From: Candidatus Harpocratesius repetitus | GTDB lineage: Archaea; Asgardarchaeota; Lokiarchaeia; Sigyniarchaeales; Promethearchaeaceae | Length of the DNA stretch: 32,000 nt | Reading direction: 5' to 3' | Assembly (NCBI GenBank): GCA_021498095.1 | Contig: JAIZWK010000001.1 | Location: 4,110,001-4,142,000, forward strand | In this document: positions 7,575-15,607 of the stretch, piece by piece | Layout of the letters: each line of letters starts with the position of its first letter | How positions within the stretch are numbered: position 1 is the stretch's first letter | Notes under the pieces: model-generated | What the model saw: only the letters and a program-made list of their open reading frames with translations | What the model was told of the DNA's origin: nothing | Databases searched by the model: none | Made by a program: the position numbers and the translations under genes

Positions 7575-10500
7575 ATGAAGCAAAGTAATTCAAATTCTCT
7601 CCGTAATGTTGAAATCTTGGAAAATAATACCAAATACGTTGGAATTAATATTGGTGCAGTATCAGTCAATGTAGTATGGAAAGATAAGAATGGAACATAT
7701 TTCAGTAAGAAACAAGGCCATTTAGGAAATCCTCAAATGATTTTAAACGATATTTTAATTTCAAACCAACTAATTCATAATAATTCTAATTCTTATTTTG
7801 AAGTTTCAGGTACTTTTGGTGAAATTTCTGAGATTAAAGCTATTGAAAGAGGAGTCCAGCAAATTGAGCAACAAATAGATGCTGTTCTTTCTTTAGGGGG
7901 AGAAGCATTTGTCCTATATATTCTCAATAAACAAGGACATATTGTTAATATTTTATCCCAAGACAAATGTGCGGCAGGATCTGGAGAATTTTTCCTGCAA
8001 CAAATTGAACGACTTAATTTAAGCTTAGAAGAAGCTATTGATCTGGCAGAAAAAGGAAAAAAAATTCAAATCGCTTCACGTTGTTCTGTGCATTGTAAGT
8101 CAGATGTAACACATAAGCTTAATCGTGGCGAGGCTTCCATTGAAGATATCTTATTCTCTTTGATTTCGAATATGATTAACAAAGGTTTAGCAATGATCCA
8201 GCAATCGCGCGTTTCAATCAAAAATTTATTAGTAATTGGAGGGCTCACACTAAACAAAGTTGTTGTTCAACAACTTCATCAAACTTTATCAGAAATAAAT
8301 GTAATTATTCATCCATTTTCTTCTTTATTTGAAGCATATGGAACCGCTTTACTGGTACAAGACGTACCAACAAAAAGAGAACCCTCATTAAAAATTCAAC
8401 AAACTTTCACAATATTGCCTTCATTAGAAAAATACAGCCATTTAGTCAGAAGTATGCAAAATTTTCAAACAAATGATTCTACAAATATCGAAAAAATAAC
8501 CAAAATTGATCCTTTACAAGCTTATATATTAGGAATCGATGTAGGATCGACCACGACAAAAGCAGTTCTATTTCACCCGGACAACCGCCAGATTCTTGCA
8601 TCACATTATGGTAGGACAAATGGAAACCCTATTGAAGCCACCCGGAAATGCATTCAAGAAATAATTAATCAAGTAGGTTCTGTAAATATTAAATTAATTG
8701 GAGTAACAGGCTCAGGGAGGCAAATGGTGGCCGCTTATTTAGGAACTTCAGCAGTATATAACGAAATTTCAGCTCATTCAGAAGGAGCGGCTTATTTTGA
8801 TCCTGAAGTTGATACAATATTTGAAATTGGGGGTCAAGATGCAAAATACATGTTTTTAGCAAATGGAGTTCCTGTAGATTATGCCATGAATGCATCATGT
8901 TCAGCAGGGACAGGATCATTTTTAGAAGAAAGTGCGAAATGCGACTTGGGGGTAACTGTATATGATATCGGAGATGTCGCAATTAAGTCACCCCGCGCAG
9001 TTAGATTTAAAGCCGATTGTGCTGCTTTTATCAATTCTGATATTCGAACTGCTCTTCAAGAAGGTTATTCTAAACCTGAAATTATAGCTGGTTTAGTCTA
9101 TTCTATTGTAAATAATTATTTAAATAAAGTAAAAGGAACCCGTCCTATTGGTAAGAAAATATTCCTACAAGGTGGTGTTGCAAAAAATCGAGCAGTTGGA
9201 AATGCTTTTGCCCAAGTTACAGGGAGAGAAATAATTATTCCCCCATTTCCAGAATTAATGGGAGCATTTGGAATTGCTTTAATCGCACAAGCGAAATATA
9301 AAGAAGGTGAAGTATCAGCAATGCCTCCAAATACCACTTTAGAGCATATTATTGCAACTCCCTTGAAACATTTAGGTTCCTTTACATGTAAATCATGTCA
9401 AAATTACTGTCAAATCGAACGGTATGCAGTAGGAAATCGAAAATTTCCATTTGGAGGTAAATGTACTCGCTATGAACATATTTGGAGACAAACAAAATCA
9501 ATCAAAGAACAGGAAGATTTGGTGAGTTATAGAACAAACCTCATGTTTCCTGCTTCAAATACAAGAACTTCACAAGATGTTATTGATAATTCATCAACGG
9601 AAGAATTACAGAGAATAGGTATTCCACGCGCATTATTAACTCATAGTCTTTATCCCCTTTTTTCAACCTTCTTTACGGAATTAGGGTTTGAAGTTATTTT
9701 GTCAGATATTGATCCAGATTTTGCACTAATTCCCAATGCACCACTATGTTACCCAATGCAAATATTTCATGGAGCTGTAGCTGATTTAGTCAAAAAAGGA
9801 GTTCATTTCATCTTTACTCCTCATATTACAAAAATGAAGAAATCTGAAAAATGGTATAGTTCAACTTTTTGCCCGATTACTCAATCTGGTCCATATATGG
9901 TTGCACAAATCTTTGATCATGTTGAATTCTTAATACCTGAATTGGATTTTAGTGAAGGATACTTTGAAAATGACAGTATCATTAGAATGGCTGTTGAAAA
10001 ACTCCACATTGATGAAGATGTGGCGAATGCTGCCTATAATACCGCAGTACTTGCTCAAGAGATGGTTGAAAGAAAACTAAAAGAAAAAGGCCGTCAAGTT
10101 CTTAAAAATCTAATAAAATCAGGTCAAACAGGAATAATAATTGTTGGTCGAAGTTATAATGTGTATCCTAAAGAGACATCTCAAAGTATTCCTAAAAAAT
10201 TGACAAGTATGGGTGTTCAAGTTATCCCATTTGATTTTTTGGAGCCAATATCTGAATCAGATACTCCATGGTATTTCGCAAATTATGTAACTGAAGCAGT
10301 AAATTTAGTAAAGCAGCATGATAATCTCTTCTTGCTTTATATCAATAATTTCAGCTGCACTATCGATGCATTTATTCAACATTGGGTTAGATCTCAAATG
10401 GATGCTAAACCATATTTATTAATGGAACTAGATGCACACATGGCTGATGCTGGTACTCAAACCCGCATTGAAGCATTTTTAGAAATTATTAAAAATTACC

Positions 10501-11921
10501 GTCAACAGCACTATGATCCTATCTCAAACTCATTCCGAATCGCAAGAGTAGAGCAAAAAAATGGAAAGACAGTGATTATACGCACTTCTGGAGAAGAAAT
10601 AGATATTTTTGATCCCAAAGTCAAAATACATCTCTTCCCTTTTTCACCTTATCATACTGATTTATTCGAAAAGATGCTTTCAAGTTATGGATATAATGTT
10701 GAACCTACAGGAGATATCCAATTATCATATCCAGTAGAAGGTTTGAAATATTGCTCAGGAAAAGAATGTATTCCTCTTCCAATTGTACTAGGTCATATAC
10801 TCCACTTAGTTAGAAATCGTAAACCTGGAGAAGTGATTGGTTATTTTATGTTACGTGGAGGAGAACCTTGTGTAGTTTTTAGTTATGGTCAATATATCAG
10901 AGATTTTTTGGAAAAGAATCATATTTCAGATGTATTCTTTTTTGATTTTGATAAAAAAAGTAATTTTATGGGAGCAAATATCATGAGTGTGATACAATAT
11001 GCTCCAAGAATCTTGATATTAGGTGATATAATTAATGATATTCACAGCGCACTTGAAGTTGTTGGTAGACCAGGAAGTATAAATCAATTACAAGTATATT
11101 GGAAAGAATTGCTAAAAGAATTTAACTCTCTTTCTGTTCTCGATGGATTGATAGATAAATTAATAAATCAGATTACAACAATTCCAATCCAAAGTACACC
11201 TCAAGAAAAACCAATTGTTTTACTTTCTGGAGATTTCTTTGTCCGTTTCAGCCCATTTTTCTTGAAAGAATTGAAAAAAATATACAATTCACATGGAATT
11301 ATCGTAAAATCGACTGATTTATTCGAATTATTTGCATATGGTATTCCTTTTGGTAGTCTGGTAAATCCAAAAAATAGAAGCAAATACCTTAGTAAAGTTA
11401 GAGATAAATTTAAAGGAAAAGATAGAATATGGAAGAATTTCTCTGCTGGTTTTTATGCAAGCCAATTAATCTACAAATATATGGAGCAAGTAGATCACAA
11501 ACTCCGAAAGCGATTTGAAAAAACTAATTTGCTTTTTGCTCCTCCAAATGATATTATTCGAATTGTAAAAAATGCAGATACATTAATCAATCCTCAGATT
11601 TATGGAGAAGGCATTCTCACTGTAGGAAAAGGAATTGAAGTGCTTGAGGATCAAACTTATGATGGATTAATCTTAATTGGTCCACAATTTTGCCTACCTT
11701 ACCGAGCTTCACAAGCAATTCTCAAACCAATATATTATGAAAACAATTTTCCATATATGGTATTTGATGCTGAAATATCTGCCATATCTCCAAATATAAA
11801 ACGATTAATCGAAGCTAATATTGAGCAGATAAAACGACACTTTAAAATACGGCATATAAAAAATATCGATGATAAATCAAGCGCAAAGAGAAAGTTCATA
11901 TTCAAAATTCTTGGTGGTTAA
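7575..11921 (+). CDS. Large 2-hydroxyacyl-CoA dehydratase activase-type fusion: two BadF/BcrA/HgdC ASKHA ATPase domains plus DUF2229-like Fe-S domains
   Basis: Domain 1: GINIGAVS, DKCAAGSGEF, SRCSVHC. Domain 2: GIDVGSTTTK, EIGGQDAK, SCSAGTGSFLEE, DCAAF, QGGVAKN. Then CKSCQNYC...GGKC, IGIPRAL, CYP, FCP, NNFSCTID, ELDAH and GKECIP. Confidence 0.9.
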   Translation: MKQSNSNSLRNVEILENNTKYVGINIGAVSVNVVWKDKNGTYFSKKQGHLGNPQMILNDILISNQLIHNNSNSYFEVSGTFGEISEIKAIERGVQQIEQQIDAVLSLGGEAFVLYILNKQGHIVNILSQDKCAAGSGEFFLQQIERLNLSLEEAIDLAEKGKKIQIASRCSVHCKSDVTHKLNRGEASIEDILFSLISNMINKGLAMIQQSRVSIKNLLVIGGLTLNKVVVQQLHQTLSEINVIIHPFSSLFEAYGTALLVQDVPTKREPSLKIQQTFTILPSLEKYSHLVRSMQNFQTNDSTNIEKITKIDPLQAYILGIDVGSTTTKAVLFHPDNRQILASHYGRTNGNPIEATRKCIQEIINQVGSVNIKLIGVTGSGRQMVAAYLGTSAVYNEISAHSEGAAYFDPEVDTIFEIGGQDAKYMFLANGVPVDYAMNASCSAGTGSFLEESAKCDLGVTVYDIGDVAIKSPRAVRFKADCAAFINSDIRTALQEGYSKPEIIAGLVYSIVNNYLNKVKGTRPIGKKIFLQGGVAKNRAVGNAFAQVTGREIIIPPFPELMGAFGIALIAQAKYKEGEVSAMPPNTTLEHIIATPLKHLGSFTCKSCQNYCQIERYAVGNRKFPFGGKCTRYEHIWRQTKSIKEQEDLVSYRTNLMFPASNTRTSQDVIDNSSTEELQRIGIPRALLTHSLYPLFSTFFTELGFEVILSDIDPDFALIPNAPLCYPMQIFHGAVADLVKKGVHFIFTPHITKMKKSEKWYSSTFCPITQSGPYMVAQIFDHVEFLIPELDFSEGYFENDSIIRMAVEKLHIDEDVANAAYNTAVLAQEMVERKLKEKGRQVLKNLIKSGQTGIIIVGRSYNVYPKETSQSIPKKLTSMGVQVIPFDFLEPISESDTPWYFANYVTEAVNLVKQHDNLFLLYINNFSCTIDAFIQHWVRSQMDAKPYLLMELDAHMADAGTQTRIEAFLEIIKNYRQQHYDPISNSFRIARVEQKNGKTVIIRTSGEEIDIFDPKVKIHLFPFSPYHTDLFEKMLSSYGYNVEPTGDIQLSYPVEGLKYCSGKECIPLPIVLGHILHLVRNRKPGEVIGYFMLRGGEPCVVFSYGQYIRDFLEKNHISDVFFFDFDKKSNFMGANIMSVIQYAPRILILGDIINDIHSALEVVGRPGSINQLQVYWKELLKEFNSLSVLDGLIDKLINQITTIPIQSTPQEKPIVLLSGDFFVRFSPFFLKELKKIYNSHGIIVKSTDLFELFAYGIPFGSLVNPKNRSKYLSKVRDKFKGKDRIWKNFSAGFYASQLIYKYMEQVDHKLRKRFEKTNLLFAPPNDIIRIVKNADTLINPQIYGEGILTVGKGIEVLEDQTYDGLILIGPQFCLPYRASQAILKPIYYENNFPYMVFDAEISAISPNIKRLIEANIEQIKRHFKIRHIKNIDDKSSAKRKFIFKILGG

Positions 11922-11931
11922 TCAGATTATT

Positions 11932-11961
11932 TTGATATTTTTTTCTATTTCTAAATTTTTT
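11932..11961 (+). terminator. T-rich tract, possible archaeal-type terminator after the activase gene
   Basis: Several oligo-T runs start 10-40 nt after the TAA at 11921. Weak evidence in an AT-rich genome. Confidence 0.3.
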
Positions 11962-12148
11962 GTATGAGCCTTTATCAACATTTGATAGATTAATAAAAAA
12001 ATAAAAATCCTGCATAATTTACACATTTACCAACATTCCATCCAAATTTGAAATTTGTCGATCAGAAATTTAGAACTTTTTTTATCAAATTCAACTATAA
12101 TATGATTAAAAATAGTCAAAAATCGACCCATAATTATATTTTCTAAAG

Positions 12149-12206
12149 TTCATTTTTGCCGACTGAAATAATTCTTGGATAAGTTTGGTTATTGTCGGAA
12201 AATGAA
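12149..12206. other. Imperfect inverted repeat / stem-loop in a 478-bp intergenic gap
   Basis: TTCATTTT(TG)CCGAC pairs with GTCGGAAAATGAA, with an inner AATAA/TTATT pairing. Confidence 0.35.
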
Positions 12207-12399
12207 AGATTAAAATGGAAATTCTGTCAAAAATAAAGAAGTTGCTAGAACCTCGTATAATTTTTTTTTCTTTAATGATGAAAATAATTAATTCTGTCTA
12301 ATTGATTACGGAGAATTCATTTGATTGCTCTTGACTTTTATTATAATTTAAAATAAGATTATTAAATAATTAATCAAAACAATAATTCTTGAATGAAAA

Positions 12400-12999
12400 A
12401 TGAAATTGCGCTATAAATTCCACATTTGGCTTTTTAATATAATTGCTCCTGGTTATCAATGGTTTTTTCGCTCTCAACTTAACTCATACCGTAAATTACT
12501 GGAAAAATTTAATTCAAATTTACCTGTTCAAGCACCTGCTAAAGTTCTTGATGTAGGATGTGGGACTGGTGCTTTTGGTGTTGCTTTTCAAGAAAAAGGA
12601 TTTAGTGTTTTAGGAATAGATAGTTCAGAAAAAATGATTAAAATTGCCAAAAAAAACTCTCTTGAGGCTACACGGACAAATTTATTAGAACCTTTGCCCT
12701 TTCCAGATGATACTTTTGATTTAGTTATTGCAGCCAATGTAATGCATGGATTTCAAGTAAGTGAAAGAAAGCAAATTTATCAAGAAATTGCCCGTATTAG
12801 CAAAAAATATGCACTTTTCCATGATTATTCAAAAAAGCGAAATATTTTTGTTACATTAATAGAATGGATAGAACACGGAGATTATTTCAATTTTATTCGT
12901 AAAATACCAGAAGATTTTCTTCAAGTATTTCAAGAAGTAAAGACTTTAGGTGAAAGCGAAGATTACTCCGCTTGGTATTTATGCACAAAAAAAAAATAA
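12400..12999 (+). CDS. Class I SAM-dependent methyltransferase
   Basis: Motif I VLDVGCGTG, post-I GIDSS, and LPFPDDTFDLV. Confidence 0.92.
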   Translation: MKLRYKFHIWLFNIIAPGYQWFFRSQLNSYRKLLEKFNSNLPVQAPAKVLDVGCGTGAFGVAFQEKGFSVLGIDSSEKMIKIAKKNSLEATRTNLLEPLPFPDDTFDLVIAANVMHGFQVSERKQIYQEIARISKKYALFHDYSKKRNIFVTLIEWIEHGDYFNFIRKIPEDFLQVFQEVKTLGESEDYSAWYLCTKKK

Positions 13000-13040
13000 A
13001 ACTTTTTTAGACTTTTCACTCATATAATTTGATTATAAGA

Positions 13041-13670
13041 TTATAAGATTTGGTTTCCCATCACGTTATAAGCTTTAATCGGCAATTCTTTGGCAAAACT
13101 TTGTTGATATTCTTCAAAATTTAGAGACCAGATCATACTGTCTTGTGGTTCTTCTTTTTCATTTAAGACTCGATCTCTTAACGTTGCTTCGTGCTTAAAA
13201 TTTAATTTTCGAGGAATTGAAGCACTTCTTATATTTCTTGGATCACAATGAATCTCAACCAAATGAAATTGATAAATTTCAAATGCAATTTTTGTAAGTG
13301 CTGCTGCAATTTCGGTAGCTATCCCTTGATTAGTGAAATCTGCATGAATCCAATATCCAATTTCGATAGAATTAGGTTCCACACGTGGATGAAGCCCTGT
13401 ACCTCCAATTAATTGATTTTCTTTTAAATTAAAGATACCAAATACAAATTCTTTATTCAGATCGAAAGATGCACGCATTTTGCGAAGACGATTAATTTTC
13501 TTTTCAATTGGTTCAGGTTCTACATGAACCCAAGGCATCCATGGTTTTAAATGCTCAAGACTTTCTGTAATTGCTTGTTCAAGTAGTGGTGCATCCTTTG
13601 GATCATAGCATCTGATAATTGTTCTAGGTGTTTCAACACGATAAATAACTTGTAATACTGGAATGTCCAT
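13041..13670 (-). CDS. GNAT N-acetyltransferase, RimJ/RimL family
   Basis: Motifs: ETPRTIIR, HLKPWMPW, EIGYWI, NQGIATE, NIRSASIPRKLNFKHEATLR. Confidence 0.9.
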   Translation of the reverse strand: MDIPVLQVIYRVETPRTIIRCYDPKDAPLLEQAITESLEHLKPWMPWVHVEPEPIEKKINRLRKMRASFDLNKEFVFGIFNLKENQLIGGTGLHPRVEPNSIEIGYWIHADFTNQGIATEIAAALTKIAFEIYQFHLVEIHCDPRNIRSASIPRKLNFKHEATLRDRVLNEKEEPQDSMIWSLNFEEYQQSFAKELPIKAYNVMGNQIL

Positions 13671-13742
13671 ATTTTATTAATAAAAGAGAATATAACAAAA
13701 AATTTTCTATTTTTCTTATAGTTATTATTTCATTAACTGGAA

Positions 13743-14057
13743 TTATCCACCAGAATGATGAGTGACCATATCAATTTCTGCTACTTCAACTGATCTTCCT
13801 TCAATTTGTTCCACATTTCGCTTTAGGTCAGTAAAAAGATTACCTTTAGAAACTTGTCTACCTTGATTAAAGAGTTGGTGTGATTCATAAAGAGTAGCCA
13901 ACTGCTTTGATTGCAGCGGTTTACCTACATTTTCTAATTCATCGATAGCTTCTGAAATGATACTATCTATTGACATATGTTCCTGGTCAATTTTGATATA
14001 GAATGGAGAATCACTCAAAGCAGTATTAATTTTTAAAATATAAGTTGAATTCTTCAT
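13743..14057 (-). CDS. Ubiquitin-like (beta-grasp) protein with a C-terminal diglycine
   Basis: Ends EIDMVTHHSGG-stop. The internal HQLFNQGRQVSKGNLFTDL parallels ubiquitin QRLIFAGKQLEDGRTLSDY. Start placed at ATG 14057 (GAAGGT upstream); 14072 is an alternative. The 14186 start in the track adds an implausible extension. Confidence 0.7.
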   Translation of the reverse strand: MKNSTYILKINTALSDSPFYIKIDQEHMSIDSIISEAIDELENVGKPLQSKQLATLYESHQLFNQGRQVSKGNLFTDLKRNVEQIEGRSVEVAEIDMVTHHSGG

Positions 14058-14427
14058 GATATTTACCTTCATATTTGAATTTTTTTGCGGTAGAATACAA
14101 AGACTCACTTCTTTTTCATACAAGAAGAGTGAATCAATGCTTCTTTTAAAAAAAAATATTTTAAAGAGATCTTTTTTACCTTTCATCGATTTGAAATTTT
14201 TAATCTAACAAAAAAGATCTAGATAAAATATATATAATTTAATTATTTAAATCTATCTCGCAAAATACATAAAATTGTTCTAAAAAAATAAAATTTCATC
14301 AATGTGAAAAAGGATTATATTTTTTCTTTGGCAAAAATCGAAACATTTTATTTTATATCAGGCAAATTTTAATTAAATAAATATGTTTTTAAATAATTTT
14401 TTAATTTATTATTAGAGTTAGAGAACA

Positions 14428-15516
14428 GTGAACGACGATAGTGATTATTTAGTAGAACGATTTACAGTTACACCTGAAGATTTCCCAGTATTAGCAAAAC
14501 TAATCGCAGAATCTTTCTTGAATGAAGAATTGACAGAAGAAATGGGAGGAACAATTCAATTTGATGAACAAACATTTAATATTATGTTCGGATCTCCAAT
14601 AATATCCCGAGATTTCTTTGTACGCACAATTTATAAACCTACAAATGAAGTTGTTGGCTTTTTAGGTGCGATACCCCGAGCAGTGAATATGAAAGGTAAA
14701 ATTTTAAATTACGCAGTTCCTTCTTGGGCAGCAGTTCATTATAAACATAGAAGAAAAGGATTAGCATTTAAAATGGGACTAAAACTACGAGAAATTGGTA
14801 TTGAAAAGAATGTAGATGGAGGATTCAGCATTCATGAACCAGAACAGCATGGAATTGATACCTCAAAAGCTGTTGCAAGAGAAACAAATTTAGAAATGAT
14901 CAAATTTGCATTAATACACCAATTTGTTGTTCGATGTTTTGATGTTACGCGTGTTGCGAGTGTTATAAAACTTAAATGGTTTGAAAAATTAGCATTTCGA
15001 TTATTTCAATCAGTTCCTAAGAACAAGAATCCTCATGTACGGAACTATCGACCATCTGATGGAGAACAAATGTTTCTTATGATGCATGATCATATCGATC
15101 GCAATGAAGTTTCATTAGTTAGAGATCATGATGATTTCTTATGGTATTTAAACCAACCGGGAGTTAACTGTGTTGTCTATGAAGATCCAGTAGGAACAAT
15201 AAAAGGATTTATTTTAGCATGGAAAATGAATTTAGCTGGTTTTGGTAATTCGATCCCATTCGGATGGCTCGATTTAGTGCATACATATCGCTTAAATACG
15301 AGAGAAACGAAAGATTTAGCAAATTACCTTTGTATAACATCGAAAGAATTAGGGTGGGCAGGATTACAAACACCTTATATTCCTTATTTTGAAGCAAAAC
15401 CGTTTAAAAAAGCGAAATTTATTTTTTATAGTAAAAAAATGTCAATTGATGTTTTTAATTTGAAGAAATTTAATATCCCTACTAATGTTTCGCATTTTTA
15501 CTTTGATTGGAGATAA
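14428..15516 (+). CDS. Tandem-GNAT acyltransferase resembling glycylpeptide N-myristoyltransferase (NMT)
   Basis: VVGFLGAIP and VHYKHRRKGLA match NMT LVGFISAIP and VHKKLRSKRVA. The second GNAT half is also collinear to the C-terminus. GTG start. Confidence 0.72.
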   Translation: MNDDSDYLVERFTVTPEDFPVLAKLIAESFLNEELTEEMGGTIQFDEQTFNIMFGSPIISRDFFVRTIYKPTNEVVGFLGAIPRAVNMKGKILNYAVPSWAAVHYKHRRKGLAFKMGLKLREIGIEKNVDGGFSIHEPEQHGIDTSKAVARETNLEMIKFALIHQFVVRCFDVTRVASVIKLKWFEKLAFRLFQSVPKNKNPHVRNYRPSDGEQMFLMMHDHIDRNEVSLVRDHDDFLWYLNQPGVNCVVYEDPVGTIKGFILAWKMNLAGFGNSIPFGWLDLVHTYRLNTRETKDLANYLCITSKELGWAGLQTPYIPYFEAKPFKKAKFIFYSKKMSIDVFNLKKFNIPTNVSHFYFDWR

Positions 15517-15607
15517 ATTTGGTATATTTATTTTTGAGAACTTAAATATTTGAAACTTTCTTTAATTTTTCTTTTTGACGAAAATGTCAAAAGATTAAAA
15601 TTTTTTA

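Noticed and set aside
8066-11383. Minus-strand ORFs 8066-8257, 8689-8982, 9116-9337 and 11201-11383
   Set aside because: Antisense shadows within the activase gene.
14058-14186. 43-aa N-terminal extension of the Ubl given in the track
   Set aside because: Low-complexity K/F-rich translation of AT-rich upstream DNA; the beta-grasp pattern begins after Met39/Met44.
15209-15397. 62-aa minus-strand ORF
   Set aside because: Antisense to the NMT-like gene.
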